From Octopus vulgaris (lineage: Eukaryota), in the NCBI GenBank assembly GCA_951406725.2, contig OX597821.1, positions 49,228,001 to 49,292,000 of the forward strand: a DNA stretch of 64,000 nucleotides, in the 5' to 3' direction. The notes beneath the pieces were generated by a model that saw only the letters and a program-made list of their open reading frames with translations, did no database searches and was not told where the DNA came from. Shown piece by piece: positions 61,131 through 64,000 of the stretch; within the stretch, counting starts at the first letter, position 1; each line of letters opens with the position of its first letter. The translations under genes and the position numbers were made by a program.

Positions 61131-61190
61131 GGTATCTTTTGGTATCCTAAAGATATCCATGGCATTAAAATTATATATATATGTATATAT

Positions 61191-61987
61191 ACTAGCAGTA
61201 TTGCCCGACTCGTGCACTTGTGCGTTCTATGCATGCCCGAATTAAGCTAAACTTGGATGAAGTTCAATCAAAATTCAATTATTTTGGTTTTAAAATCAAG
61301 CATTTAATGTCCACTATTTTTGCGCTTATGTGTTCCATTTCCTTAATAGGAAGTACGTAGAAGCGTTTCATAAATTTTTGTTGATCAAATAATTGCATTG
61401 TTGAATTATTCTTTTAGATCAGTATTTCTCAATGGGGATTTCAGGGGAGAGTTTGAGGGAGTCACTGGCGATGTATTGTGATGATCAAAAATCCGGCCTG
61501 CTAAAATTTGGTTAAAGTGATTCAAACTGCAGACTCAACGCAAAATGGTCACATTTAATTCAAAGCGTTAAAAATGTTATGAAAACAATTGGTATGTGTT
61601 CACAAAGTCCAAACGATTAATACAAAAAAACCCTTCAGGCTACATCCCAAAAATTCATTCCTTTGCCGAATTTCTACAATGTTTATGGCGATTCGTTTTT
61701 ATATCTTGATTTTTTATTTTTCATGCAATTTACACATGCTTGCATGCATGGGGAACACAGTTCACATCAAACAGGTGACTGAGTAAAGTTCACTATTCAA
61801 TGCATGGGATAAGGCCTAAACAAACACATTATCGATTTTTGCACTTGCGAGATGAATTTCGGAACAGAAATAGCGCAGTCCAATTTTCATTCGCCTAAAC
61901 TTTAAGTGACCCATTTTTGGTGGTTCTGCGATTTGTTGGCTAGGAGGAGATGTGCCGGGAAGTTAAACACACAGACACACAAGTTGA

Positions 61988-62030
<43 letters not shown>

Positions 62031-62800
62031 TAGCAGTATAACCCTGCATTGCTCAGGTTTGTTTTTTAGTTGCACTTAAAACAGCAGACTTTGATGTCAC
62101 ATTAACAAAGTTTTGACATAGTTTCAATCTATCTATAAAAGTATAGTGTGGCGATGCTTGAGTTTGCTCTGAATGTGCTGAAAATGTGTAATGCCGACTT
62201 CAGTTGTTGGTATTGTTGGTTAATATCCTTCTATTAACATTATGGAGAAAAAATTACTCGTAGAATTAAAGCAAAATGAAGCTCAAGTTTCGAACTTCAC
62301 TGAAAATCTATTAAGAAGTTAACACTGCAACAGTATTCATTAAGAAAATGTACAGGAAAATCCAAAACATTTGTAAGAACAGTTTGTGGTTACAAAAAAA
62401 CAAAAAATGTTATTTTGAAGCCAAACGGGTGGGCAACATGAGTGTTGGTTGTACATGTAAAATGAATAAAATCGACAATTTTACATCACGTATAACTAAA
62501 AAAAATCTGTAAAATCAAAACATACCCATTGAAGGTTTGACTTGAACATCGTAGATAGTAACAGCATGCAGGTCGCACTTTTTCTGGTTGAAATACACCG
62601 AAAAATGGCGACACAGCAGTCAAAAAATCGTAAAAAGATAGGGATTTTCATGGTAAAAAACCACCATTTTGATGTAAATAATTTTTGGTCTTAACATGGT
62701 CCAATTTGAACTTTTTCTTCTACAGAATGAAGAGCAAGCCTTCTTCTATCATACTCTCAATTTGGGTCAACACACACAGAGACAACTTCAGCTTTATATA
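61191..62800 (-). mobile_element. Two tandem non-autonomous Helitron-like elements
   Basis: tactagcagta (minus-strand CTAG ends) at about 61191 and 62029; homologous to 16368-17411. Confidence 0.75.
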
Positions 62801-62808
62801 TATATGTA

Positions 62809-62875
<67 letters not shown>

Positions 62876-63073
62876 GTATGTATGTATATATATTTATATG
62901 TATGTATGTATATATATGTATGTATGTATCTATATATATGTATGTATATTTATATGTGTGTGTGTGTATGCATATATGCGTATATATGTTCATACATATG
63001 TATGTATATATTTATATGTGTATAGTAGAATATAATGTAACAGGTGACTAGTAGAAAAAAACCATAGAGAGTT

Positions 63074-63438
63074 ATCTCTCTATATATAAACAGCAAAATG
63101 TCTGTGTGCGTGTGCTTTATACAAATCCACAATTTTTCAGTTAGAGGGCTCGCACTTTCTATGGTCATTCAAAACCGTCCAAGGGTGGTCGTGCACATCT
63201 TTACATTTCCCCAGTCACCCCGCAAAGCCATTAAAAAATCAATAGAAGTGACTTTTTTGTGAATTTTCGATCCCAAACCCAATCAAAATGCCCAAAACTT
63301 AATATGCCAATTGAATGCCAGCTAGCTGTATGTGATTGGTCGGAGATTTGGACAGTACTCACGTGTATGTGCGCACGCATGCAGCTGGATATGCATGCAC
63401 TAGCACTATTACCTGGCAACGCCGGGTCATAGTGCTAG
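63074..63438 (+). mobile_element. Complete non-autonomous Helitron-like element
   Basis: A|TC..tatatataaa start; 3' hairpin acctggc-aac-gccgggt then CTAG|T. Confidence 0.75.
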
Positions 63439-63912
63439 TACATATTAGTATAGAAAAATGAAAAAAAAAAATTTTACAGAAGGTATATTATATATATGTA
63501 TGTATATATATATGTATATATATGTATATATATATATATATATATATTATAAAATGAGATAGGGGTTGAAAATTCAACCCACCATGGGATAATATATATC
63601 CAATATACTGCTAGATAGGTACCCAACAAAATTAATACATAGATGTTAAAAATTGTCAAACAATCAGTTCATCTATTGTATTATATGGGTAAAGGTAATA
63701 ATATTACCGTAAATTAATACTACAAAATTAGAGAATGGAGAAACATACTTAAATCGGTAAAACATCAACTATCTGATGATACTCAATCCATACTTTAATA
63801 CACCATTACATATGAGTAAAGGCAATATATAAAATGAAATGAGATATACAGTAATAGTAAAAAGATAAAGAGATATAAGTAAAAAATTTCAAATATAATA
63901 TGCAAATAAATC

Positions 63913-64000
63913 AAAACTGACAGCTGTTTCGGCAGTGAGGGCAGTCATACCTCATTTAACCTATAAGCCATAAAGGCAGGTATAAATGAGGCATTAACAA
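63913..64000 (-). ncRNA. 3' half of a hammerhead-like motif, cut by window edge
   Basis: GAAAC-AGCU-GUC preceded by a long hairpin (CCUCAUUUA/UAAAUGAGG). Confidence 0.45.

Overview
AT-rich, repeat-saturated eukaryotic DNA. The repeat landscape (RTE LINEs with (GAT)n tails, tRNA-headed SINEs, very dense (TA)n/(CA)n microsatellites) suggests an octopus/cephalopod genome; this is inference, not a database result. No host gene is confidently recognisable, although two weak plus-strand exon candidates exist (about 3.65 kb and 60.0 kb). Most ORF-track entries are microsatellite artefacts or antisense shadows of transposons. Contents: one apparently intact CR1-clade LINE (minus strand, about 24.6-29.2 kb); many decayed RTE LINE copies carrying a PHD-type zinc finger inside the RT region; fragments of CR1, Tx1, BovB-like RTE, R4-like, Ty3/Gypsy, mariner, Tc1, Helitron and Penelope-like (GIY-YIG) elements; MITEs; and SINEs. 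Two signals stand out. (1) About a dozen type I hammerhead-ribozyme motifs from several distinct repeat families, read by eye on both strands. Several are near-canonical, many have palindromic stem III or long stem II insertions, some lie next to Penelope-like fragments, and one half-motif sits behind a tRNA-like head. (2) The intact CR1 ORF2 has no usable AUG and is joined to a PHD/polyQ ORF1 by a canonical G_GGA_AAC -1 slippery heptamer immediately before the ORF1 stop. Repeat boundaries are approximate.
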